Assembly (NCBI GenBank): GCA_000830315.1 | Contig: CP010426.1 | Coordinates: forward strand, 60,670 to 124,669 | Source of the DNA: an archaeon GW2011_AR20 | GTDB taxonomy: Archaea > Nanobdellota > Nanobdellia > SCGC-AAA011-G17 > GW2011-AR20 | Reading direction: 5' to 3' | DNA: 64,000 nucleotides | Part shown: positions 19,365 through 28,941 of the stretch, one piece after another | How positions within the stretch are numbered: the stretch's first letter is position 1 | Layout: each line of letters begins with the position of its first letter | The notes under the pieces: generated by a model | What the model saw: only the letters and a program-made list of their open reading frames with translations | The model's database searches: none | What the model was told of the DNA's origin: nothing | Translations under genes and position numbers: made by a program

Positions 19365-20359
19365 TGGAATCAGGATTGATAATAAAAGCCAGAAAAAAGT
19401 TTGAAAATGAATTGATAAAATCCGACATTAAGATTGATGTAAATAAACTATTAATTCAGTCTTCCATAGGAACATTTGTTTTAAGCATAATAATATTATT
19501 GTTTTTCAGGACCCAGTTAAAGCTTGCTGCTAATTTTACAAGCTCGTTAATAAGCTTTTATATGCTATCTTTGCTAATTGCCTTGGCCATCGCAATATTT
19601 TTTATTTATTCCTGGATAACTTTAAAGAAAATAAAAAGAAAAAAGGAAATTGAAAATGTTCTTGCAGATTACTTGCAGTTGGTTGCTACAAACTTGAATG
19701 CGGGGATGCCTATTGACCAGGCAATGTGGTATGCTGTAAGAGAAAGATTCGGAATTTTGGCGAATGAAGTTGAGGTAATTGCAAGAAAAGTTACCAGTGG
19801 TTATGATTTGGAGCAGGCATTAATGGAATTCACAGATAAATATGATTCTGATTTGCTAAAAAAAAGTATGGTATTATTAGTTGAAGGATTGAAATCAGGC
19901 GGGGAACTGGCAGGTTTAGTGAGCAAGATATCCTGGAATATCAAAGAAACACAGGTGCTTGAAAGAGAAATAAGTGCAGAGGTAACGACCTATGTAATCT
20001 TTATAACATTAGCTGCGATTATAATAGCCCCATTTTTATATGCATTATCCCACAGGATCATTATTTTAATGAGTGAAATACTTGCAAGCATTAATGTTGA
20101 AAGCATAGCTGGTCTGGGAAACAATTTACCGTTAAGTTTTTCCGGCGGCGAAGCAATTTCTCCAAGCGATTTCAAGACATTTGTTTTTATCAATCTGGGG
20201 ATAAGCGCTGTCTTAGCGGCCATGATAATCTCAACAATCAAAAAAGGAAACATTAAGTCTGGGTTAAAATCAATTCCGATTTTTTTAGCAGTGAGCATAA
20301 TTATATTTTTAATAGCATCTATAATACTAACTGCGGTATTCAAGAACATAACAGTATAG
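19364..20359 (+). CDS. Pilus platform membrane protein (T2SS-F / TadB-TadC / FlaJ-like), part 2
   Basis: 331 aa polytopic membrane protein; start overlaps previous stop. Confidence 0.55.
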   Translation: MESGLIIKARKKFENELIKSDIKIDVNKLLIQSSIGTFVLSIIILLFFRTQLKLAANFTSSLISFYMLSLLIALAIAIFFIYSWITLKKIKRKKEIENVLADYLQLVATNLNAGMPIDQAMWYAVRERFGILANEVEVIARKVTSGYDLEQALMEFTDKYDSDLLKKSMVLLVEGLKSGGELAGLVSKISWNIKETQVLEREISAEVTTYVIFITLAAIIIAPFLYALSHRIIILMSEILASINVESIAGLGNNLPLSFSGGEAISPSDFKTFVFINLGISAVLAAMIISTIKKGNIKSGLKSIPIFLAVSIIIFLIASIILTAVFKNITV

Positions 20360-20393
20360 CAAGATTTATTAATAACCAAAATTCAACATTATT

Positions 20394-20843
20394 ATGAAAA
20401 GAGCTCAAACTGCTATGGAGTTTTTGATGACATATGGTTGGGCGATATTAATAATTTTAGCGGTTATTGCAATATTATTCAGCTTAGATGTATTTAATCC
20501 AAAAGTTCCAAATAATTGTGTTTCTGTTTCTCCTGTAACATGCTACGATATCAAATTAGCAGACGATGGTTTTATGCAGATTACCTTAAGCAGTTCAGAC
20601 ACAGACACGGCAACATTAACAAGCATAACATTAACCAATCCAAGCACAGCACCGGGCTCATGCATACCTTCTCCAAATACAATTCCTGTTGATGCAAAAT
20701 ATACACTAAATTGCGATTTAAGCACTGACGTTTTAACATCTGGAACAAGGTTTGAAGGAAATGCAAATATAGGTTACAGGTTATCCGGCGGCACAATTGA
20801 TCATGGAATTGTTGTTAAATTCTCCGGCACCATAGAGGATTAA
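20394..20843 (+). CDS. Archaeal type IV pilin-like protein with class III signal peptide
   Basis: 149 aa; N-terminus MKRAQTAMEFLMTYGWAILIILAVIAILF (the QTAMEFLMTYGWAIL class-III/DUF361-type motif). Confidence 0.7.
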   Translation: MKRAQTAMEFLMTYGWAILIILAVIAILFSLDVFNPKVPNNCVSVSPVTCYDIKLADDGFMQITLSSSDTDTATLTSITLTNPSTAPGSCIPSPNTIPVDAKYTLNCDLSTDVLTSGTRFEGNANIGYRLSGGTIDHGIVVKFSGTIED

Positions 20844-20916
20844 TAGGCTAAAAACAATAGATTTATATATTATTAAATAGTATTAATTTTATTAGGATAA
20901 TATAAAGAGGTGGTAA

Positions 20917-21402
20917 TTGATGCATAAAAATCATAATAAAAAAGCTCAAACTGCTATGGAGTTTTTGATGACATATGGTTGGGCGATATTAATAGTTCTA
21001 ATTGTCTTGGCTGTATTATTCTCATTTGGTGTGTTTAACCCCGGAACAGGACAGAATACTTGTAGAAGCGATGATACTGGTGTTTTATGTAGAGATGTAA
21101 AATTAGATGACAGCGATAATCAATTACAATTGCGTTTAAGAGCATCTGGCGTAAATACTGTTACATATGTCGCTGCAAGTGCGATAACATTAAATGGAGT
21201 TGCATGTGCAGTTACAAATGATGGCGATGGAAATGCTGATGGAACAATGACAAATGTAAAAACACAAGATGTTACAGTTACATGTGCTTCAACATTAGCA
21301 ACAGGAGATGCGTTCAGTGGTAAATTTGTAGTAAGCGCAACAAAAGTTGGTGGATTAGCTCACGATGTTATACTAACCATTGAAGGAACAGCAGAAGCTT
21401 AA
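20917..21402 (+). CDS. Archaeal type IV pilin-like protein with class III signal peptide
   Basis: 161 aa; KKAQTAMEFLMTYGWAILIVLIVLAVLF. Confidence 0.7.
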   Translation: MMHKNHNKKAQTAMEFLMTYGWAILIVLIVLAVLFSFGVFNPGTGQNTCRSDDTGVLCRDVKLDDSDNQLQLRLRASGVNTVTYVAASAITLNGVACAVTNDGDGNADGTMTNVKTQDVTVTCASTLATGDAFSGKFVVSATKVGGLAHDVILTIEGTAEA

Positions 21403-21457
21403 TTTTCTTTTTTCTTTATTTAATTATATTTAAATATTAGTTAATTTTTATATAATC

Positions 21458-21937
21458 ATGAGAAAAGCCCAGACAGCAATGGAATTTCTAATGACATATA
21501 GCTGGGTCGCAATAATAATGCTAATTGTATTGGCTGCTTTATTTGCTTTAGGGGTATTTAACCCTAACATAAACAAAGGAATTTGCAATTCAGAAGTTCC
21601 ATTTAGCTGTACAGATATCAAATTAGGTGAAAATACTGATTCATTGTCATTATCCCTCAGGGCATCTGGTGTAAAATATATCGGTTATAACATAAATAAT
21701 GCTGTAAAAATAAATGATGTAAATTGCCCGATAACAGATGATGGGGACCCTGCTCCAAATAATTTGGACGAGAAAATGGTTAATGCAAAAACAGCTTATG
21801 TTGAAGTTAAATGTGATGCGGGTGCTCTGAACTTAATCAAAGACGATGAATTTAGTGGGAGCATAATTTTGGATTACACTGAAATTAATGGGTTAATGCA
21901 TAATGCAGAAATAACATTTAATGGGCTTGTTGAATAA
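21458..21937 (+). CDS. Archaeal type IV pilin-like protein with class III signal peptide
   Basis: 159 aa; MRKAQTAMEFLMTYSWVAIIMLIVLAALF. Confidence 0.7.
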   Translation: MRKAQTAMEFLMTYSWVAIIMLIVLAALFALGVFNPNINKGICNSEVPFSCTDIKLGENTDSLSLSLRASGVKYIGYNINNAVKINDVNCPITDDGDPAPNNLDEKMVNAKTAYVEVKCDAGALNLIKDDEFSGSIILDYTEINGLMHNAEITFNGLVE

Positions 21938-22224
21938 TGAAATTCAAGTTTTATAACAAAAATTTTGGATTAATGTTTAGAAATATTAAAAATAATGCTG
22001 CTGTCTTAAAAGATTACAATAATGAATATTTGCATACTTTTTTTGTTTTTTATCCGATTGATATTGTATTTCTAGATAGCAAATTCAAAGTTATTAAGAT
22101 TAAAAGAAGGGTTAAACCGTTTACATTAAAAATCATGGGAGAAAAAAAGGCAAAATATGTTTTGGAGTTCAGAACAGGAAATACAAAAAATATAAAAATA
22201 GGGAAAAAAATAAAACTACGATGA
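21937..22224 (+). CDS. Small basic hypothetical protein
   Basis: 95 aa; start overlaps pilin stop, stop overlaps next gene. Confidence 0.3.
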   Translation: MKFKFYNKNFGLMFRNIKNNAAVLKDYNNEYLHTFFVFYPIDIVFLDSKFKVIKIKRRVKPFTLKIMGEKKAKYVLEFRTGNTKNIKIGKKIKLR

Positions 22225-23558
22225 TAGAAGTTTTTGCAATTGGTGGCTATAGCGAAGTTGGAAAAAACATGACTGCCATTAAAGTAGATGATGAAATAAT
22301 CATTCTTGATATGGGGCTTTACCTGCCTGCTGTTTTGAAGTATGAAGAAGGGGATCCTCGTGAATTAACAACAAAGGATTTAATTAAAATAGGGGCTATT
22401 CCAGATGATGAAGTTCTTCACAAGTATAAAAATCAGGTCAAGGCAATTGTTCTAGGACACTGCCATCTGGATCATATTGGCGCGGCTCCTTTTTTAGCCA
22501 GGCATTATGACTGTCCTGTAATCGGAACAAGATACACAATTGAAGTCCTAAAAAAATTGCTTGAGGAGCATGAATATAAGCTAGAAGGGAGGCTAAAACC
22601 GATAAATTCAGGCACTCATCTTGAAATCTCTGAAAACTTAAAGATAGAATTCATTAACATCACACATTCGACACCGCAAACAGTTTTGATTGCAATCCAT
22701 ACAAAATATGGAATTATTTTTTATGCCAATGATTTCAAGCTAGATAATTATCCTGTAATTGGGGCTAAACCAAACTATGATAGATTAAAGCATTTGGCTG
22801 AAAAAGAAAATGTTTTATTGTTAATCATGGATTCTTTGTATTCAAATTCAGAAGGAAAAACCCCGAGCGAAAAAGTCGCGAAAGAAATGCTTAAGGATGT
22901 TTTGCTCGGAACAAAAAGCGAAGGCAATTTAATCATCATTACAACGTTTTCAAGTCACATCGCGAGATTAAAGAGCATAATTGAATTCGGCAAAAACTTG
23001 AATAGAAAAATTGTATTCCTTGGAAGAAGCTTGTTTAATTATGTCAAGGCTGCTGAAGCTTCAGGTATCGTTAATTTCAGCAAGAATGTTGAAATTATTG
23101 GATACAGGTCTTTGGTGAAAAAGAAATTACGGGAGATAGAAAAACAGGGGAGAAGCAATTATCTTATTGTTTGTACAGGTAATCAAGGCGAGCCAGACGC
23201 AATATTAACTAAAATAGCAAATAAAAAAGACATACAATTTGAATTACTGCCGAACGATGTTATAATTTTTTCATGCAGAACAATTCCTACGGAGATGACA
23301 ATTAAGAATCGTGAAAATTTGGAAAAAAGACTTAAGCAGTTCCATGCAAGAATTTTCAAGGAAGTTCATGTTTCCGGGCATGCATTTCATGAAGATCATA
23401 GGGAAATAATTAATTTGCTAAAGCCCAAGCATATCCTGCCCATACATGGCGATCACGAGATTACGAAAGGATTGGAAATTTTGGCCCTGGAACTAGGATA
23501 TAAATTAAACAAGACGGTCCATCTTGGCGAGGATGGAAAAATAATAGAGATTAATTAG
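22221..23558 (+). CDS. Metallo-beta-lactamase / beta-CASP ribonuclease (archaeal RNase J-like)
   Basis: 445 aa; HCHLDHIGA (HxHxDH) motif; size and layout of archaeal RNase J. Confidence 0.65.
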   Translation: MIEVFAIGGYSEVGKNMTAIKVDDEIIILDMGLYLPAVLKYEEGDPRELTTKDLIKIGAIPDDEVLHKYKNQVKAIVLGHCHLDHIGAAPFLARHYDCPVIGTRYTIEVLKKLLEEHEYKLEGRLKPINSGTHLEISENLKIEFINITHSTPQTVLIAIHTKYGIIFYANDFKLDNYPVIGAKPNYDRLKHLAEKENVLLLIMDSLYSNSEGKTPSEKVAKEMLKDVLLGTKSEGNLIIITTFSSHIARLKSIIEFGKNLNRKIVFLGRSLFNYVKAAEASGIVNFSKNVEIIGYRSLVKKKLREIEKQGRSNYLIVCTGNQGEPDAILTKIANKKDIQFELLPNDVIIFSCRTIPTEMTIKNRENLEKRLKQFHARIFKEVHVSGHAFHEDHREIINLLKPKHILPIHGDHEITKGLEILALELGYKLNKTVHLGEDGKIIEIN

Positions 23559-24027
23559 TTTTAAACTGCAATAAGCTCGAGCTTGTTTCTTCTAAAATTT
23601 TTCCGCTTTTTGTGTCCACTTTAATGTTAATTAAATTAAAATCAGTTGTTACCAAACTGATATTCCACAATAATTTTGAATCTAAGCTCTGGATTATGAT
23701 TATTTCTTTTGTAAAATTCTTATTTTTGTATTTTGGCTTGACTAATTTCACGACATTATCAAAACCGAATTTAACGTCATCCAGGTTTATCTCTTCAATT
23801 TTTTTAGATGCGGAGAATATTTTTTGATTATCTGTAAACTTTATACTTTTATCAACCAGAAAAGTGGATATCTTGTTTTTCTTCGGCAAATAATAATCAA
23901 ACTGCCACCCGCTTGACTTCTCTTCGTCTTTTAGCAGAAAAACGCTGCATAAGTAGGCATTTTTATGCTTATTTTTCCAGGATTTGAATTTTTCATCCTT
24001 CATTAACTGTTGGTATTCTTTAATCAT
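23551..24027 (-). CDS. Hypothetical protein
   Basis: 158 aa; 4-nt overlap with thrS start. Confidence 0.3.
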   Translation of the reverse strand: MIKEYQQLMKDEKFKSWKNKHKNAYLCSVFLLKDEEKSSGWQFDYYLPKKNKISTFLVDKSIKFTDNQKIFSASKKIEEINLDDVKFGFDNVVKLVKPKYKNKNFTKEIIIIQSLDSKLLWNISLVTTDFNLINIKVDTKSGKILEETSSSLLQFKTN

Positions 24028-25727
24028 TTAATTTCCTTGTTTTGAATTTCCTTTAAAACATCTTTTAGAAAGCTTTCTAATTTTACATCAAACTTAACTT
24101 TTCCGTCTCTTGTTCTTACTGCCAAAGTTTTCTTCTTTTGTTCTTTATCGCCGATTGTAAGCATATAGTTAATTTGCCTAATCTGGGCCTCTCTTACTTT
24201 CTTTGGAATGCTTTCATTTCTGTCATCTAATTCAACGCGGATATTGTCTTCTTTTAATTTATTGTAAACTTCTTTTGAAAATTTCAAATTATTTTCATTA
24301 ATGTTCATCACAATTACTTGCACGGGACTTAGCCATAAAGGAAATTTACCTGAAAAATGCTCTGTTAATATTCCGATAAATCTTTCAAAACTCCCGAATA
24401 TTGCTCTGTGAATCATGGCAACATGATGTTTCTTGCCGTCCTTCCCTTCATACATTAATTCAAGACGCTGTGGCATCTGAAAATCTAGCTGTATTGTAGC
24501 AAGTTGCCAGTCACGATTTAAAGAATCCTTAATATGAATGTCAATTTTTGGACCGTAAAAAGCGCCATCTTTTTCTTTAATCTCGTATTTAACTTTATTA
24601 GTTTTTAATGCTGCTTCCAAGGCTTTTTCTGCTTTTTCCCAAGTTTTTTTATCGCCAAGTGCTTTATCTGGCATTGTTGCAAGTTTGAAATTTGGTTTAA
24701 AATCAAATATTGAATAAAATTTCTTGACCAAATCAAGAACCTTTGTAACCTCTTCTTGTATCTGGTCTTCTCTGCAGAATATATGGGCATCATCCATTGT
24801 TATCTGACGAACGCGGAACATGCCGCCTAAAGCCCCCGACAACTCATTTCTATGTAATCTCCCTATTTCACTTAATTTTATTGGCAAATCTTTATAGCTG
24901 CGTAATTTTGAAGAATAAACTAAAGTTGCTTCGGGGCAATTCATCGGTTTAAGATAATAATTTTCCTTATCCAAATCTAAAGGAAACATATTCTCCTTGT
25001 AATGCTCAAGGTGTCCTGATTTTTTAAATAAATCTTCCTTGACGATTATGGGGGTGTTAATTTCCTTGTAACCATCTTTATCGTGAATTTCTCTCCAGTG
25101 TCTTTCAAGTTCTCTGAAAACTATCATTCCATTTGGCAACCAAAAAGGTGCTCCTGGACTAACTTCATTAAAAAAGAATAGTTCTAGTTCCTTTCCTATT
25201 TTTCTATGGTCTCTTTTTTCAGCTTCTTCTAATCTTTTTAAATAATCTTTAAGCTCATCTTTTGTATTCCATGCTGTTCCGTATATCCTGGTTAATTGCT
25301 TGTTTTTACTGTCTCCTTTCCAGTAAGCCTGGGCAATTTTAGTTAATTTAAATGCTTTTAACTCCGACGTATTTTTTACATGTCCCCCCTTACATAAATC
25401 ATAATAATTTCCATGTTTGTAAAACTGAACTTTTTCTCCCGGAATTTCTCTTAATAATTCTAATTTGTATTTCTGGTCTTTAAGGAATTTTTCGGCGTCT
25501 TTTCTCTTCATCAAAACCCTTTCAAAATTTAATTTTTTATTGCCAATTTCCTGCATTTTTGCTTCGATTTTCGGCAAATCTTTTTCTGTAATGTTAAGGT
25601 TGTCAAAGTCGTAGTAAAATCCGTCTTCTATGCTTGGCCCGATTGCCATTTTAGCATCTGGATAAAGTTCTTTTACTGCGCTTGCTAATAAATGTGCACA
25701 AGAATGACGTAATGCATCTAAATCCAT
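24024..25727 (-). CDS. thrS: Threonyl-tRNA synthetase (starts at editing domain; no N-terminal TGS domain)
   Basis: 567 aa; RHSCAHLLA motif at N-terminus; class II aaRS core and C-terminal anticodon-binding region. Confidence 0.8.
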   Translation of the reverse strand: MDLDALRHSCAHLLASAVKELYPDAKMAIGPSIEDGFYYDFDNLNITEKDLPKIEAKMQEIGNKKLNFERVLMKRKDAEKFLKDQKYKLELLREIPGEKVQFYKHGNYYDLCKGGHVKNTSELKAFKLTKIAQAYWKGDSKNKQLTRIYGTAWNTKDELKDYLKRLEEAEKRDHRKIGKELELFFFNEVSPGAPFWLPNGMIVFRELERHWREIHDKDGYKEINTPIIVKEDLFKKSGHLEHYKENMFPLDLDKENYYLKPMNCPEATLVYSSKLRSYKDLPIKLSEIGRLHRNELSGALGGMFRVRQITMDDAHIFCREDQIQEEVTKVLDLVKKFYSIFDFKPNFKLATMPDKALGDKKTWEKAEKALEAALKTNKVKYEIKEKDGAFYGPKIDIHIKDSLNRDWQLATIQLDFQMPQRLELMYEGKDGKKHHVAMIHRAIFGSFERFIGILTEHFSGKFPLWLSPVQVIVMNINENNLKFSKEVYNKLKEDNIRVELDDRNESIPKKVREAQIRQINYMLTIGDKEQKKKTLAVRTRDGKVKFDVKLESFLKDVLKEIQNKEIK

Positions 25728-25757
25728 AAAATTAAGTAATATTAAGGTTATTTAAAA

Positions 25758-26309
25758 TTAACTTTTATATTCATTTAAACTTTCAACCAAATCTTTTTCT
25801 GGTTTGTGTAAAGCATCATTATAAGCCCATTCAAGAGCTCTATATGCTGCTTCATATCCGTATTTTGATATCTCATGATCGGAATTGGATACATAACGAC
25901 CCATTACAGCAGATGCATATCCAAAGTTTATATGGCTATGACCTCTTAATGGCTTATCTAATTCTACTTTTATACATAAACTTGTTGCTTCAATAATTCT
26001 GCCTTCAAGAGAAATTCCTTTATATTTGGTTTTTATTGGTATATGATTTTTTCTTATGTTTTCTTCTATCTCTTCATACTTCTTCCATTCTCTTTTATGT
26101 TCTTCAATTTTTTGATGAACATAATTTAGTATTTTCTCTTCCCCTAATTTTGATATATGGGTGGGAACAACTTCATGTATTTCATGATAACATCCTTCTT
26201 CTACTTTCTCGGCATAAGTAAATTCAACTTTTCCAAAATGCTCTCTAAATCTAAGACCTTCTTCTGGTAAAATTATGTCTAATAAATTTTTATCAATTGT
26301 TCCTGTCAT
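25758..26309 (-). CDS. Hypothetical protein (gene 4 of tight 4-gene operon)
   Basis: 183 aa; no recognised motif. Confidence 0.35.
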   Translation of the reverse strand: MTGTIDKNLLDIILPEEGLRFREHFGKVEFTYAEKVEEGCYHEIHEVVPTHISKLGEEKILNYVHQKIEEHKREWKKYEEIEENIRKNHIPIKTKYKGISLEGRIIEATSLCIKVELDKPLRGHSHINFGYASAVMGRYVSNSDHEISKYGYEAAYRALEWAYNDALHKPEKDLVESLNEYKS

Positions 26310-26316
26310 TTTAGTT

Positions 26317-26619
26317 TTATTTATATTTCTTTAATAAATTAAAAATATCTTCTATATACTGAACCCCTTCTAGAAAATAAGTATCATAATTAGGGTCAAA
26401 TTCTCCGGCATTAAATGGTTGGCTCATTCTTCCATACCAACTACCTCCCATTCCCCCAGAAATCCCGCCATCTAAGATGCTTACAGATTTAGCATTTGCA
26501 TCTTTGATTAGAGCTTCTAATCTATAATTATCCGGCACACTAATTGGGGCGATACCTTTCAAGTGTTCTGCTGTATCTTTATCTGTTACAATATATGCAA
26601 CTTTAATTTGTTTTGTCAT
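26317..26619 (-). CDS. Hypothetical protein (gene 3 of operon)
   Basis: 100 aa; Gly-rich GGISGGMGGSWYG segment. Confidence 0.35.
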   Translation of the reverse strand: MTKQIKVAYIVTDKDTAEHLKGIAPISVPDNYRLEALIKDANAKSVSILDGGISGGMGGSWYGRMSQPFNAGEFDPNYDTYFLEGVQYIEDIFNLLKKYK

Positions 26620-26620
26620 T

Positions 26621-27235
26621 TTATTGGTTAATTTTTACCGCAGATAAAAGAGATTCATTTGGAGATTTTTTTCTATATAGCACCTCTATCAACGTATCCA
26701 ACGCAATTATTGTATGTTTTGAACAAAAATCAGCATCTGGGATTCTAAAGGAATATTTTTGTGCTTTGAATAATGCAGATAGATAAGGAAGATCCTCTCT
26801 TAAATAAATCGCTCTCGGAAATTGATTTGGCGATGACGAATATTGCAATGCGGAAGAATTCGGAGGCAGTAACCTAGACTCTAAAGTTATGCCTTTATGC
26901 CAGACAAAATCTATTTCTTCAAGGATTAATTGCTTGTTAGGACCAAAAGATCTTTGCTCATAAAATCTGTAAATTAAATTAATTCCATCTATGGGCTTAT
27001 AAATGCTATCTCCGTTTGGATTCAATTCAAACAGTGCATAATAATCAAGTTTTTTGCCTGAACGCTGTTTTGGAGTTTCCAGTAAAAATTTGAACTTAGG
27101 ACTTTTGTCTTTAACTTTTACTTTCCATCTTAAATCTTCAATTTCTCTTAAGTTTAATTCTAAATCTAATTTCTGCCTTCGAAAATCTTTGCCACTTTCC
27201 GCCTGTGAATATGAGTATATTAATTCTTTTGTCAT
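26621..27235 (-). CDS. Hypothetical protein (gene 2 of operon)
   Basis: 204 aa; 1-nt gap to neighbours. Confidence 0.35.
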   Translation of the reverse strand: MTKELIYSYSQAESGKDFRRQKLDLELNLREIEDLRWKVKVKDKSPKFKFLLETPKQRSGKKLDYYALFELNPNGDSIYKPIDGINLIYRFYEQRSFGPNKQLILEEIDFVWHKGITLESRLLPPNSSALQYSSSPNQFPRAIYLREDLPYLSALFKAQKYSFRIPDADFCSKHTIIALDTLIEVLYRKKSPNESLLSAVKINQ

Positions 27236-27236
27236 T

Positions 27237-28280
27237 TCAGTCTCTCCGAGATAAACTTTGACTATTTATCTTATTATCAGATATAGAAGTAAATGAAAAA
27301 ATTTCGCCACATAATTTTTCATCAAGACTTGCTAATAATCGATTATCTTGTGTTGAAAATATGGCGTATTCTCCTCCATTATATTCTTCTCCAAATTGCC
27401 TAACATCATATAAAGTGTTGCCGTGATTTACAAAATGGATAATTTTTCCTCCTCTAACATTTAATACAGGTTGTAACTCTGCAGGATCAGACAGAGTATC
27501 AAAAAATTTATTGTGGGAAAAATCCAATAATCTATCATTAAGCACGATAAATCTTGACCAACATTTTCTTTTTGCCACTGGTTTTTTATTCAAAATATCA
27601 AAAATAATTCCATCAATCCTTGATCCATAAAGATTTCCATTATAAGTGATTAGCTCAACGAAAGTATTTTCTTCCATTCTATTTGCCTCAAAAATCAATT
27701 TATTATCTAAAGTTTTATAAACTCCTGCGCGCCCATCATCGCAGAATGTTTCATCAGACGAGTCATATAAAACATTTTTGTGAGAACATATTGCATGGAT
27801 AGCACGATTCCTTGTAGCGATTGGTTTAATTCCCTTTTTTGTAGGATCCTTATCATAAATTTTATGATAAAGCCCATTTTCTTCATTGCCATTATACCAC
27901 ACATAATATAGTTTATTATCTTGAGCATAAACTTGGGTAATGTGGCCGTCAGACTTGCTCAATGCTTTTCTCCCTCTTGAATCATTTATAGTATTAAAAA
28001 TAAAACTATCCTGGGGAGTTGACCAAACATCAAACAATTTTCCCCTATCCAAATACAAAAAGCCATCAGAATTAAATGAATATACATAGTCCCCTACATG
28101 GGTCTTATTAGGGGGTCTTTCAGCTATTACCTCAATTTCTTGATTACTTAGATTTAATTTAAGGACATATGAATGATTTGATAAAAAGTTGTGTGCGCAT
28201 AAATAAAGACCATCTAAATTTTCTCCATTATTATTTTTTGTCATTTTGTCTTTCTCCTTAATTATTTTAAAACCACCCAT
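27237..28280 (-). CDS. Hypothetical protein, repeat-rich (possible beta-propeller) (gene 1 of operon)
   Basis: 347 aa; recurring hydrophobic-Tyr/Asn-Gly segments. Confidence 0.35.
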   Translation of the reverse strand: MGGFKIIKEKDKMTKNNNGENLDGLYLCAHNFLSNHSYVLKLNLSNQEIEVIAERPPNKTHVGDYVYSFNSDGFLYLDRGKLFDVWSTPQDSFIFNTINDSRGRKALSKSDGHITQVYAQDNKLYYVWYNGNEENGLYHKIYDKDPTKKGIKPIATRNRAIHAICSHKNVLYDSSDETFCDDGRAGVYKTLDNKLIFEANRMEENTFVELITYNGNLYGSRIDGIIFDILNKKPVAKRKCWSRFIVLNDRLLDFSHNKFFDTLSDPAELQPVLNVRGGKIIHFVNHGNTLYDVRQFGEEYNGGEYAIFSTQDNRLLASLDEKLCGEIFSFTSISDNKINSQSLSRRD

Positions 28281-28347
28281 ATAAATAATTTCTTGACAAA
28301 AATATTCCTATAAGAATATTTATAAATATAGGAAAATTCATTAAAGC

Positions 28348-28893
28348 ATGGTATTTGACATAACCCAATTAAAGAAAATCAGAAAACAGTTGAATTTAAC
28401 ACAACATCAATTTGCGATAAAAGCTGGAATAAGTCAAAGCATGGTTGCTAAAATAGAAGCAGGTAAATTAGACCCAACATACTCTAATATAAAAAAGATA
28501 GAACAAGCATTGGAATCATTAACTAAACAAGAGGAAAAGGAAGCCAAAGACATTATGATTAAAAATATTATCTCTGTAAATCAAAATGAAAAAATTTCAA
28601 ATATAATAAAAATAATGAATAAACATTCGATATCCCAATTGCCTGTACTGGATAATGAAAAAGTAATTGGATTAGTTTCGGAATCATCGATTTTGAACAA
28701 AAATTTAAAAGGCATAAAAAATTTAACAGCCAAAGGCATCATGGAGGAAGCACCTCCGATAATAGGCAAAAATGCCAGACTAGAGGTTATAAAACAGTTA
28801 CTGAGATTTTATCCATTAATATTAGTTAAAGAAAGGGGGAAATTGATAGGATTGATTACAAAAGCTGATTTAATTAATAGCTTAGTTTCATAA
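28348..28893 (+). CDS. HTH (XRE-like) + CBS-domain regulator
   Basis: 181 aa; LNLTQHQFAIKAGISQSMVAKIEAG HTH; two CBS-like segments. Confidence 0.55.
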   Translation: MVFDITQLKKIRKQLNLTQHQFAIKAGISQSMVAKIEAGKLDPTYSNIKKIEQALESLTKQEEKEAKDIMIKNIISVNQNEKISNIIKIMNKHSISQLPVLDNEKVIGLVSESSILNKNLKGIKNLTAKGIMEEAPPIIGKNARLEVIKQLLRFYPLILVKERGKLIGLITKADLINSLVS

Positions 28894-28941
28894 ACATTAT
28901 TTACCCAAAAATATTTAAACTAGCTTATACCCTTAATCAAG

